64,000 nt of DNA, taken from Iphione sp. A-MEVVRFRX5. Lineage: Eukaryota. A program made the translations under genes and the position numbers. The notes under the pieces are model-generated. The model made no database searches. It was not told where the DNA came from and saw only the letters and a program-made list of their open reading frames with translations. Positions 52,022 to 64,000 of the stretch are shown piece by piece. The stretch covers positions 92,132,001 to 92,196,000 of the forward strand of contig OZ320318.1 in assembly GCA_976226885.1 (NCBI GenBank). Direction: 5' to 3'. Numbering within the stretch: position 1 is the first letter of the stretch; each line of letters opens with the position of its first letter.

Positions 52022-52174
52022 TGACTGGCTGCCCTGATATACGCACTCCTACTGGTGCCTACATCACCCGGGATGGCGACAACGCTGTTGTCAGGTGTAA
52101 CTCGACCCAGGAGACGTGGTACATTACCTGTGATGGCCAGAAGTGGATCGGTGACTTGGGCAATTGCAGTGGAG
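52022..52174 (+). CDS. Internal exon encoding a Sushi/CCP-like domain; same gene
   Basis: Acceptor ctctgcttctctccag|TG and donor GGAG|gtgggt; 153 bp, phase 1-1. Translates as VTGCPDIRTPTGAYITRDGDNAVVRCNSTQETWYITCDGQKWIGDLGNCSG, with 4 Cys and the C....W......C Sushi pattern. It joins the CUB exon in frame (YK-V). Linkage across the 26-kb intron is inferred. Confidence 0.82.
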
Positions 52175-53659
52175 GTGGGTAACTTTGAGGCTGTCAAACG
52201 TAATGATGGTGTTCCTTTTGCACGTAGCGTAGCTGTTTTTGTTGCAGTGTTACAGCCGAGATGTCGAGGAAACTACAAGCCTGTTTCCTAATACATGTAT
52301 AATGATGTTGCTTCTGGTGTATATTTAGAGGGTAATGGAACATGATGAATGAGTGGAGCCTTATTTCCAGGCCTCGGGCCGTTATAACAATGTGGTGTAG
52401 TCTCTCTAAAGAATAAGACCATTCAGGTATTATTGATTACAATTGATTGCTTCAATGCCTATACTTGAGGAACCTGTGTTTGTGTACATGTTTTTTATCC
52501 ATATGGGTACCAGTTACGCTTCCCACGATACGACACCACGTAGACCTTGATATATATATTATATATATGTCTATATATTAATAGAGGGCATGAGTAAATG
52601 GCTGTCAGGGATGACCCCGGCATCGCCCTCAGGGGACCCATCCACCTGTCAATTTCCATTCTGCTCTACAGAGATAAGACTAATCCACCTATGCATAACA
52701 TGTGGAGGGTATAGAACCGGTGGTCTATCAAACCCTACAGAATCCGCCGCCGACAACAGCAACGACAACCACGTAGTACTGACAATAAGAACATATTAGT
52801 CTTTGCATACTGTATTTCAATACCAAATATCAAGAGGTGTAAGCGTGTGGTGAAGTCCGTGTCATCATGTTTGAAAAAAAAATCGGCGGGCCACGATCTT
52901 AATGTCAGTTTAAAAGTCAGACGGTTCAGATTTATCGATACTTTATGTAATACGAGATTGGACATGTTCTCAACAAGGCAAGCAAAATGCAAATCGAAAC
53001 AGGGGAGTCGTACGCGGAAAGAAAAAAGTCAGTCACTTCTCAAGCAGTTGTAGAAGGGCAGTCAACGTTCGCACACGAAGCGTTCATATTGCGTAATGCT
53101 TATTGCACGCCTCTTATTTTGAAGCGTATTCAGCACCCCTTTAATAACTAGGCAAATCACAGAATTGAAAATACTTTTCAATATGCAAAGAGTTTGTCGT
53201 GTGCAATCTTCTAAATTACATTAAAGGTGGGTTTCCAAAGAATCGAATTGGACAGGTAAAAATTCACATGTTACATTGACGTCTATTATGTCAATTCACG
53301 TCCTTCCCCATGCAGCTAAAAGGGGGGGGAGCACTCCGCGTCTTACCAAGTAACGGAGTGAAAATCCTAATACAGGTCTGTTGTGCATTTATTGCAGTGC
53401 AATGGATATATCTAGGACTTTGTCTCACAAACACATCAAGATATATTTTATTCATGGGCTAAGGTGGTGTTTACAGGTACATGTACCCTACAGAAAATAC
53501 GTCTACATGTACATGCCTGGGAGCGAAGGTACCTCCTGCTGAGTGTGTACATGTATATTAATTGCTTCCATATGTTCACCATTTTCTTTTCACTATAAAG
53601 GTCTATCGAGTATGTGTCCATATCCGTAGAAAGCTTGTCCTGGACAAGTTTGTAAAATA

Positions 53660-53834
53660 CAGTATCCCCTCGCTAATAAGACCACCATTGGTTCTTACCT
53701 CAAGTGGTCTGAATAGAGAGTGGTCTTATTAGAGAGGGGATTTTATGTACATGTATATAGTTCTGTTCCTAAAAAGTGGTCTTATTAGGGAGGTGGTCTG
53801 ATTAGAGAGGTGGTCTTAGACCGAGGGGACACTG
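53660..53834. mobile_element. TA-flanked MITE, 175 bp
   Basis: ta|cagtatcccctcg ... cgaggggacactg|ta, with internal gtggtc subrepeats. Confidence 0.8.
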
Positions 53835-56800
53835 TACATCTGCATGTCTGTACCCACATCAATGTACGGACATGGCTTCATGTGAATATCTCATTGAATG
53901 ATAGAATAATGAGTTAAAATGTGTCCGTACCCATAACAACATGCATCTCACATGTGGACATCGCCTAATTGCCGTGGACAGATATCAACCCACAATACCA
54001 TCATCCGTTTCGCCGAACTCCGGTTAGGATCACTCTCACTCTTCCCCGTTCGGCTTATGTAAGTAGTATATGGAGAGTAGGCTACAACCCTGGGTTCTCT
54101 GGTGGGCTCTACTGCATTGCTGGATGTACACAACTCCAGGGCCGTTCTGCGCTTCTCTCGCAACACTTACCAAGAGACCGGCGAGTAGGGCTTTCCGTTC
54201 CAATCCGCTTATATTCCGTGACATTTAAAAGTTTAACAAAACCTCAAAAAATACAAATTTAATAAATCTCAGCTCCGAATTGCTCGTTTCTGTATTATTG
54301 ACTATGCGACTAAGGACAGGTTGTTTTGTAGGCTTAGGACAAATCTCCGTTCTTTTGACTGTGAGTTACAGGACTGAGTGCTCGAATATTACCAGGGATA
54401 ACTCATTCGGACAACACCAGGGGTCGTGTCTTGTTCAGGTCTAGGGATAACTTGATGAAAGAATACGGGTTTTACAGTGGTTTTTTCCCGTATACCGAAA
54501 ACTTCCCGATTGGTACACGACCACCTGAGTTCCCGGACATACAGATGTATACTCATTACCATATACATGTTAAAATGTTATTTGATATGGTCGGGCATTG
54601 TAGGTCTGTATGTGTCTATGTGGTCGCCTGTATCTTTGTGTGTGTGTGTGTTTGTGTGTGTGGGAGGGTATGTGGGTGCGGAGGTTCCCCGTATTATTTG
54701 TGTGTACGGGCAATGCCCCGCCTTGTCCTATGGTCTCCAATGTTGCAGACATCAGCAGCAGGTAGGGGGGTGGAGCTGTGGGTGGGTGGGGGGTGCAGGG
54801 AGTGAGGGCGGGGTTAGAGGGATCCATCACTGGTAGGACGTGTCGACTGGCGCGCCCCCTGCGGCGAATTAATGAAACAGAGTACAAAAGGCCACCCAGC
54901 CCAGCAGCGACACCGAGCGGCGCGGGGGGGGGGGGGTGATATGTATCAGAGGAGAGAACGATCGGGTATGGGACACAGGGTGTCCTAACACATACCGAAT
55001 AGCCTGTCTTTATCACTCCCCCCCCCCACACACACATCCTTGCTTTGTTCTATTCGCTCCCTTCCCTGCCGTCCCCCCGCCACCTCCCACCACCTTTTCT
55101 CGTTCTTGCTACCTCGTAACGATAGGCCCATCGTTTTGACACATGTCTCTTGAAAATATCAGATCGATGCGCCTACTCCAAAGGGGTGAAGACAGCTGCA
55201 CGCATACACACACTCGTACGAACGATTGACCATGTGTTGCTGCGGCGCCACTATCTATACGTCTACGTACGAATTCTATTAGGAAGTGTGCATACAATAG
55301 ACCAGGGTAGCCTTGATTAAGCCGAAGAAACTCACACTTTCTTCAAACGGGAGACGTCTCTTCACGTTCGGGTGTTAGACTCGCCGAAAACAAATCTTGC
55401 ATGCCCAGCAATTCCCGCACAATACGATCCCTCGGCGTATACACACACACACACACACACACAAACATTCCCTTTCATGTGAGTGTGTGGCATGTATACG
55501 TCCCAGGACCACTCTTGGTCTTGGTAAACGAGTCCAAATCATGCAATCCCAGACAAACAGCGAAAAGCAACCGAACTCACACCCATTCTCGTGTACGCAC
55601 ACACACATACGCACGCACGTACGCACACGCACACACACACACGTTGGTGGCGAGCCTCATCCCAGTAATGCAACACCTGCGGGCGTTTTAGCGTCGATAC
55701 GCGCACGCTACTCGGGAGGGGGCGCTCCTCCTTAAAGTGATGCATTACTCGAGAATGGGCCTCGCGTCGACGTCTTTGATGACAACTTTTAAGTCTAACG
55801 ACATTAGCGAAACGCGAGCAGCAAGCGGAACCGATGTAATAAAGGTTCCCCCTTTGCTTCCCCTGGACAAAGTCTTCTCACGAATATTCAACGGGCGCAT
55901 CTGCGTTTCCCTTAATTTTTTCCTTGCTTACTTCGTATCGCGCGGGTCTAGATTTCCATTCTCTCTTAATTCTGTCGCCCGACTTGTACATCCTTCCCTC
56001 ACCATATATTCAAGTTTGGTATATTACTTGTCAGACATAACGGCTTTATTTCCTTACCCCTCCGTCTGATTTCCCTGTCAGACATTTTATGGGACTCTGC
56101 TCGAGGAATCAACGTCTGTTTATTATATTTATCATGAAGTAATCGCTATTTATTAACCTATTATTAGTCATATCAATTATGTGTATGCCCTTTGACTGCC
56201 TCTGAAGGAAAACATATACATGTATTATTTCCTGTTACATTCCCTGAGATGGCACGGTTGTTTGTACGAAGGGATTGTCGGTCCGGGACTCTCTCTCTCT
56301 CTCTCTCTCCCCTGCGATGGGAAGGTAGTCATTTGCGCACCCACCTATTCAGGCACGAAGCGATCAGCTAAATGTGATAATGAGGGCTTCCAAGCATGAA
56401 GTGACATTACTGGCACGATTAAAACGCTGTGAGCAGCTCATCTGTGATGTGGGCCTGACGAGTGGTTCACGGCGGGGGGGGAGGGGGGGCAAGTCTGCTT
56501 TCAGCATTGTACCTTTGTGAAACAAACGGTTTTGTTTCCACAATGTCATACATGTGGGATATTTACTTGAATGTGCGGAATACTTTAATTCTCATCACAG
56601 TATAAACGATGTGGAATTAAATGAACCAAGGTATTCCCTTTATGCACGTAAAAGAGAACACGTGTGTGTGCTCATCCGACAATAACAGGGAGACTAAAAG
56701 TTAGAAAATTTGATGGAGGGGAAAAATCACGTGACTATCAGAAGACTGTCGATCATCTAAGGGATCACTAAAATATACAAGAAGGCCAATATCCACGCTT

Positions 56801-57951
56801 TTCTGGGGGGATTTTTGCGAAATCACACCCTTCAAACTTGGTAATATCCAAATGAAACACAAGAAACTGATGGGATTCAGATGTAATATAATTTTTTTTG
56901 GCTGTCTGCCTGTGCGCTTCGGATTTCAAACCTGCCGGAGTTATTCATTCCGTATTATTTCTATGACAATTGAAAATTAGCTTGCCTTGCTGTGATCCAG
57001 CAGCGGCGGGGGGGGTGGTGGTCGGGGGGGGGGGGTCCCCCGCCGCCCAACGCCTCCCAATTAGAAGGCGCTTTCCATTCGCGTCTGAAAATGTCATGAA
57101 AATTTGACTCGTTTTAATCTGCATCTGACCGAAGCAGTTTGCTCAAGCGACGTCTCGCATTCTCTCATCGCTGGTTCCTCGTGTCATTCCCCACTTTGTC
57201 TTTTTCGCCTTTCAGGATCGGTTAATTTCTTCTCCCCCCCCCCCAGGTCGTCCTCAGCCAGCCGGCACCTTCCCTTCTGTCAAAATCGTCTTGTGCCTTG
57301 GATTCTCCTTTTATCTGTTCCTTCCTGCCGTTCTCTGAATTCCTGCTCCCTATCTTAATGGTGCTATTCCTGCCTCCTTTCCCACCTGTCGGACCGATAT
57401 TATCTTACATTCCTTTAGCTATTTCTAGGGTCGGTTTTACTATAAAACTTTTCGGCTTCGTTCTATCTTCCTGTTGTAAGTTTTTTTGGGGGGTGGGGCA
57501 TTACCTCTCTGCTATCTTCATCGCCATTTGAAAATCTTGCTGCATTCTTCCTGCGCACGACCGAACAACTTTTGTTTCGAATTCCTAACTGGAAAAGTAA
57601 ATTGTTTCTGTCAAAACAACGCCCCTCCGATTTCGCCATCACGCAGGCAGCGAATGCATCCACTAAGCCGTGTTTTTTTGTCTGTGAGGGGGTCCCGATT
57701 GTCAAGCTTGTGACAGAGACAATTCCTTCAGCATTATCTTTCCAGTAGCCCCTTGTCCCCCCGCCCTCCCTCCCTCCCTCCCTCCCACCCCCTCCCCACC
57801 GGGGAGAGTATAAATTTGCAGGCGGATTTGGGTTAAGCGACTTAAATCTCACGCATGGCTTGCTCCCCGGGAGCTCACGTCTGCTTTTCATCGTTAAGTT
57901 GATTTGAAGAACGAGGCCGCGTTAAACAATAAACGAGCTAACCCGCCCCGA

Positions 57952-58774
57952 CACGAGAGGGCGCTGCTGTAGGTGACATTTAGCAGCGTCTCACTCACTT
58001 GTGAAGAAGATGTACGCGTCGTGTCTGGGATAGGCTTACTTTAATTTGCACCTGGTTGTCTGAATATTATTAGAACGATTATATTATCGGTAGTGATGAA
58101 GGGAACAGCAGAACGGAAGAATTCTTATCCAACGGACTGTTTGATAAAGGAAATAACGGCTCCGCATTCACTGCGTACATGTTTCTGTAGATCCAAGACA
58201 TTTTGTAAAAGGAGAAAAAGAATCTGCTATTACAGTGCCAGTTCTTCATTCCACTTCGGCGTGATGGGGCATAATGTCCGTGTTGACTGCTGCTACTGCT
58301 TGACGTCGGTCTGTGACAGAGCAGCGGTCAAGATACTTTCATTACTCAGGGACTAGCTGATCCCCCCCCCAACTTCCAAGGCTTATCACCATGGCTGAGG
58401 GCAGTAGGCCTCGCTTAGCTTTACCTATCTCTCATTTAGTTACTAGCCCTAGTCACTGGGTAGAAAACCGGGGGGAACGGGAACTGAGCCTTGCTATACT
58501 GATAGTGGCTTCCGCGCCACAAACACATGTCAGTGGCCCTAGGCCCCCCGTGGGGCGCGTTATTGAACGAGCGTTGGGGGGGGGGGAGATGGCTGCTAGT
58601 GAGGTAGAGGTTAGAGAACGACCCGCCCGGTGGGGCGGGGGGGTTGGGGGGGCGGAGGACGGGCGCCACCTAGCGGGGGCTCATCGCTCAACGGCCCGCC
58701 GCAGCAGTCATTGTTCCGCCAACAATGCATATCGGGAAGCGGTCAGCGGTCGACGATGGGCCCGCCCCCTGGTG
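57952..58774. promoter_or_regulatory. CpG-rich region with clustered CTCF-like motifs
   Basis: CACGAGAGGGCGC (+, 57952), CCGCTAGGTGGCGC (-, 58663-58676) and CACCAGGGGGCG (-, 58763-58774). A further CCGCAGGGGGCGC (-) lies at 54852-54864. Confidence 0.4.
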
Positions 58775-59810
58775 AGATGGGAGCGCGGCGCGCCCCCTAT
58801 TGTCAGCCTATCAGACACAGAACGAAAGGGGAAGCCAGCGGTCGTCTGTGCGCCTTTGTCCTCCTCCAGGGAGCGCCCGGAGTCTCTGCTGGAGACATCC
58901 AACCCCCCCCCCTCCCCAATACAGAGACACCTCGCCCCAATCCCCAGCTTCCCAGGAGAAACCGCCTCCGCGCCCTTTCAAGCCTAAGTTCAATCGCTTC
59001 ACATCCCCTCACCACCTCTTCCTCCTCTTTACTCTCCCTGACCCGTGACCCTACCCACCGACTCCCAAGGCACAACGTTTCTATCCGTCTCCCTCGTAGC
59101 ATGACGGTTCGCTTTTAAAACTCTTTTCCCAATGCTCCTTGGTTGCCGTCTTGATACCCTGGTTAACACCCCCCCTCCCCCCATCTCTGCGTACCCTCGA
59201 CGCTATCAATTCTCTATGTATACTCTTCTCGACCCTCTCTCCTTCTGTCCACATTGATAACATGGCCTTCCACAGCTCGGTTCGCAGACCTCACCGACAT
59301 TATACATATTTTCACTCTGGGCAGAGTGAATTCGTCTCCTGACCATTTCACTGGCTTTTACGCAGGAAGTATAGGCATTTACACCGCTACAGTATTAGAA
59401 CGTACATGTATAATCCAAGTGAAAGGAACTCATACAAAAAGAACTCGAACACATACTTCTGCACACGTCGAGCCCAGTCTTTTCTCGTGGTCCTGCATTC
59501 GTTTCTGTTGGGGAAGAATATGTATTACACGTATATCTACATTCTGACTAATTACACACCACACCGTATGAGATTAACACGCATACATGTATACGTACAC
59601 GTATACAAAGAAGACAATTCGAAAAGAGAACTTCGTGCCATTATTAAAGCCTTTCCTTCGCGTCCTATAGCGGAACCCGCGCGTATTCCCCGATCTGCTA
59701 AACTGCCTCAACCCGAAAACGAAAAACCCACCCACCAACCGCTCCCAGCCACCCAGCCGCCCACCCACGTACTAACCAACCCACCAACCTAGCTCCCTTC
59801 CACGCGGACC

Positions 59811-59941
59811 NNNNNNNNNNNNNNNNNNNNNNNNNNNNNNNNNNNNNNNNNNNNNNNNNNNNNNNNNNNNNNNNNNNNNNNNNNNNNNNNNNNNNNNNNN
59901 NNNNNNNNNNNNNNNNNNNNNNNNNNNNNNNNNNNNNNNNN
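59811..59941. other. Assembly gap (N run)
   Basis: 131 N characters. Confidence 1.
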
Positions 59942-62900
59942 TGCGCATCCTTCAGCGTGATCAGTCGCGCGTGAAACCATTTTCGGCGCGACAAATAAAA
60001 TTAGGAACTTGTTCGGCGGCGGCCCGGCAGTCGCCCTGATTGCCGCCGAGTTAAGTGCGGACAAAATGGATGATGAATTAATGATGAAAAGGCGCAGGCG
60101 CTCCCCGCTCGTCAGAACGCCATTTCAACCGAGCTCAAGTTCCCCCCCCCGCCCACCCCACCAACTGAAAGAAACGACGACCGTTCGTTCAATGGCTCTG
60201 GGCCATGTAATACCTTGCCTTTCCTCTTGGTGGCGCTCTAGCTCACTGAATAGCTCCATTCCTTACCTGATCTCGGTTTTCTGATGGCCATCCTTGTCTG
60301 CTGTCGACGCCATGTTGCTCACAGATCAGCCCTGGTAGATGGCCATGCACTGGTGTCCTTCTCGCCCCCCTGATATGCCTTCCTCCTTATTTTTTTGTTC
60401 GCCCATTGCCTCTGACACTTCCCAAGCCCAACAACGCTCGTGACCTCGATTGCCCGAGTTCCATTCTCCTTCATTTTGCCCCTTCTATTTGCTGAGTGAT
60501 CGTGTCCGAATGCGGTTTACGACAGATTTTGTCGTTTTTTTTACAATATGTACCAGCTAGAACGTCTTTATCTTATAATTATTCGAAAAATGTTTGCCTG
60601 TTGTCACCTACCGACTACACTCTTTCGTGCCCCCCACTTCCACCAAAAGCTCCTCCACTCACAAAGCGACGCCTGCACATTTATATTGGTAATGTATCGG
60701 CCACCTTGCAGGATATTGTCTCGTGGCCTTGCCAGACGCCCGTCCTCCTGGTCTCCTTGCCGGTCCTCATACGGGCAGTTTCCTTCTGTCCTTCATTGAC
60801 GTCATTTACCCCTATTGTCGCCCTCACATCCCCGCCTATTAAGGCCCTTCGGCTGACACCACCCGATGCAACGGAGATGTATATTATTGTTGCCGAATCA
60901 CCGGGGACGAGGGGTACATTGCCCCATAAACAAAGCCCCCCCGCAACGCCCGCTGTGTGGGAACCATGCTGTTCTGTATAATATTTACTCGGCGTCGGAT
61001 CTAGATACCCGCTTCAACGCGCCCAGATGAGCAGTAGGGACTCCTAGTGGCCATCAAACACACTACGGGCATACGTGAGGAGTAATGGGCCATAGTGAAG
61101 CGCAGTGAGAGACCTATGTCGTGAATAACCCGGACACGAGGTCTTGCTGTATAGCTACTTTATTAGCCCATCCTGGACCCACTTACGTTTTTGCAAGCTC
61201 TAAATATCGGTTAGTTTCCACAGTAACCCTGCTTATATTATCCACATGATGGCAGATTAGCTTTTCTTTTCTATTCAAGGAAACAACTTTCTTGGAAAAC
61301 AATCATTTAAGACCAAGGTAGGTCAACAAGGTACTTCGATTGTGTACTTGAAAGAATACCATTCAATCGAGTTCCATCATTCCATGGATAACTTTGTCTG
61401 AAATTCACAAAATTATTTTCGCTTTGGTGGATCATCCTCAGTGGATAGCGAAGGAAGATCTGCCGCAGCCTGCCCGAGAGGTAACGCACACACGGGGCAG
61501 CAGCATCAGCTGTGTGGCTACGATACGCGTTAAAAATAAACCCTCATCCACATACACACAGAGGGGGGCGTGTACGAATCTTAATTATTCACAGTAAATA
61601 ATTAATTTACGAAGGAGAGGCATGGCCGTAGGTCCAGTTAACAAAGTTGTTTCCTAGAATTTCTCTGGAATAATCTTACTGATGTATATAAATGGAAAAA
61701 TATGTTTTGTGGCTCTGCTTGCGTAGGCTAACTACAGGCCGCCAGCAGGGAAGGGTTTCAACATTACATGAATGCCTCCCAGACGCTTGATATACACGTT
61801 TAACCTAGAAAACGTGGCCAGGGTAGCCCCTCAGGCCTCCGAGGCCGTGGGAAAGTGGATCTACAAGCTATGTTAGCAGGAGCAAAACCGACGCAGAACT
61901 CTGGTTTGGGGCTGGAAACCATGGCACCCTCCCCCTCCTCCTTCCAGACGTTTAGAGCTGTAATATCCACGGGTGCAAGTTCTCTCGTTCATGTTAGTGG
62001 AGGAAAAATATATGTATATATAGGACGGCATGATCATTACCTCCAGGTCTCAGTCTACAACACTAGATATGCAGCAGTTCTCTTGATAGTACTTGTATGT
62101 ATGAATCATCAGAATAGCTCACACTTAAATTCTATTTGAAGGTGAATTGATCATACTGAATTTCAAGGTGAATTGGCATCACTTGATGTGTGTTTTTTAT
62201 GGCAACCAACCAATGAATAGGTGCAACTATGCATTAACAGCATTAGTGTCATTATGATGGTTCAACCAACGCCAGTAAGTAAGGCGTTTGCCCACGCCTC
62301 ACACGCATCATGATGGTTGAACTTGTAGTCATTATATATGATGTTCTATGATACATCGTTATCATTGTGACTTTGCGATTACAACGACACGGGCTGCAGG
62401 CAATAATACTCAGTGCCTTTGCTTCCCAAAGAAAGTAAACCTGTTTGAAAGTATCCGCTGTGGATGGAATTTGCTGCCCTTGCATTTTCCTCACGTCATC
62501 CATGCCACCCTTAAACTCCTCCTCCTTGTAAACTCTGGAAATGTTCGAAACATTGTAACTTAAGGCGACTGTTCACACTGGAAACTTCTAACATGTGTTC
62601 TTGCCTGCGTGGGGTATGGTGAATGTCTACCCATCTATTATATTTCTTCTAGTGTACATCATTCATCATCTGCTTGTCTACTGAGGGCAGTATGAGTGCT
62701 AGAGCAACTATAGTCATAGCATGCGCCCTAGTTTGTGGTTAATGTACTTAAAGAGGGCGGATTTTTGTCATGGGGTCGTACTACATGTGATATTAAATAC
62801 GTAGACTGAATACATGATTACCCAGACATGGTTATGTCAGACATTAACGCTAAGTACTAGGATCGTATGTCTCGTTCGAGCATTTCATCTAGGTCCGTGC

Positions 62901-63092
62901 AAACTGTTGCTTACAGAATGGTTGAAATTGTAAATGCAACATTTATTTTATGGGCCATTTTATATCACAGTGAGCTGTTGATTCAAATCTGCAGGACCTT
63001 CAGGAACATTTATATAATCGTAAGAGTATATTACATCAGACCTGCCTTCTATTATACCACCACTGCAATACCACTTTGGACGTGCTAATGTA

Positions 63093-63182
63093 CAGTCGAA
63101 AATTATTTCCAACCGCTCCAATTTGCGACCATTCTCAGTATGAAGACCACTTTGGGTGGGACCCAAGGGGTCTTAATTACTG
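63093..63182. mobile_element. Internally deleted TA-flanked MITE
   Basis: ta|cagtcgaa ... actg|ta. Shares gaccatt and ggtggga with 44546-44721. Confidence 0.55.
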
Positions 63183-63247
63183 TACAAGCGCCTTCGTCGC
63201 TTTGCACTGGTTGTATACAGTTGATGCAGCCCAGTAGAGTGTGGGAA

Positions 63248-63410
63248 CTAATGGGCCTATCGCCAGAATCCGTTACAACGGATCATTTTTACTATTTGTG
63301 ATGTCATAATAGAGAATCTACCAATCAGCTGGCTTATTTTCTGGACATTGTCTGAATAAATGGTAAGTGCTGTAACGGGTTCATTCTACTGCTGGCGATT
63401 CATCCATTAG
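63248..63410. mobile_element. Possible small MITE with imperfect terminal inverted repeats
   Basis: ctaatgggcctatcgccag versus ctggcgattcatccattag (15/19 match), plus inner ccgttaca / tgtaacgg inverted repeats. Confidence 0.4.
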
Positions 63411-64000
63411 GGCAGGGCAAGGTGGGGGGATGTGAGGTGGTAGGGGGCTTTTAGCGAAGTGAGGGTGTGGCTACCAGTCTAAGGGAGGAGCATGAGGACA
63501 GGGTATCAGTTTAGAGTGAAGGAAGTGGAGCACTGGGCAGCCTGCTTCCGGCAGCCGTTTTAAAAGAGGGAGTGTAATTACCAATAACCTATTTATAACC
63601 GAAGTCGCTAATCTGACCATTCTAGCTTGGGCCAGAGTGGTGGTCGGAAACAGGGGTTAGACTGTAGATATTTAAATGACTCAGATTGATTAACATGGCT
63701 CCACTATGCAGAGAGCAGCTCTGGTTCATGATTATGTGAGCAATTGACCCATCGCCGAAATACGTCATTATGACCGAAAATGAACTACAACAATCGGTGT
63801 AACTGGAATAGAGCCTACGACAGCTATGGGTCTAACTACGACAGACCACATGTTGCCTGTACGAAAATCAAGATAGGAAGTGTTTTCCAAACCAAGAGCA
63901 ACCAGTTCTCCTTGTCTGATTTTATTAAAATTGATATCAAATTAAAGCTAAGGTTCTAAGCAAGAATTTGAGCTATAGCATATCTCTCTAGGTCCATCGG

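Noticed and set aside
61855-62139. Transmembrane exon of the SUEL-CUB-Sushi gene (..YAAVLLIVLVCM..)
   Set aside because: The hydrophobic stretch is short, and the nearby AG would give phase 0, incompatible with the phase-1 donor at 52174.
62850-62872. miR-252-like sequence (ctaagtactag)
   Set aside because: Only the first ~11 nt match, and there is no complementary arm to form a pre-miRNA hairpin.

Overview
Eukaryotic (metazoan, probably annelid/lophotrochozoan) genomic DNA from a gapped assembly, with two N gaps. It is mostly intronic or intergenic. The only well-supported protein-coding gene is on the + strand and is seen as three phase-1/phase-1 exons: a SUEL (galactose/rhamnose-binding lectin) domain exon (23174-23452), a CUB-like exon (25322-25726) and a Sushi/CCP-like exon (52022-52174). 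The introns are 1.9 kb and 26.3 kb. The signal-peptide exon and any transmembrane exon could not be located. The most unusual observation is that the splice acceptor plus the 5' part of the exon has been tandemly duplicated at two successive exons. The CUB exon has four extra 136-bp copies and the Sushi exon has one extra copy at a 174-bp offset. Every extra copy keeps its AG and runs into an in-frame stop. The rest of the window holds a decayed CR1/L2-type LINE RT, a probable decayed Academ-type transposase, a length-conserved family of ~175-178-bp TA-flanked MITEs, an 8-bp-TSD MITE, many 26-200-bp tandem repeats (including a 44/88-bp higher-order array), microsatellites and CpG-rich segments with CTCF-like motifs. 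I found no rRNA, intact tRNA, CRISPR array or prokaryotic system. All analysis was by eye and no database searches were run.
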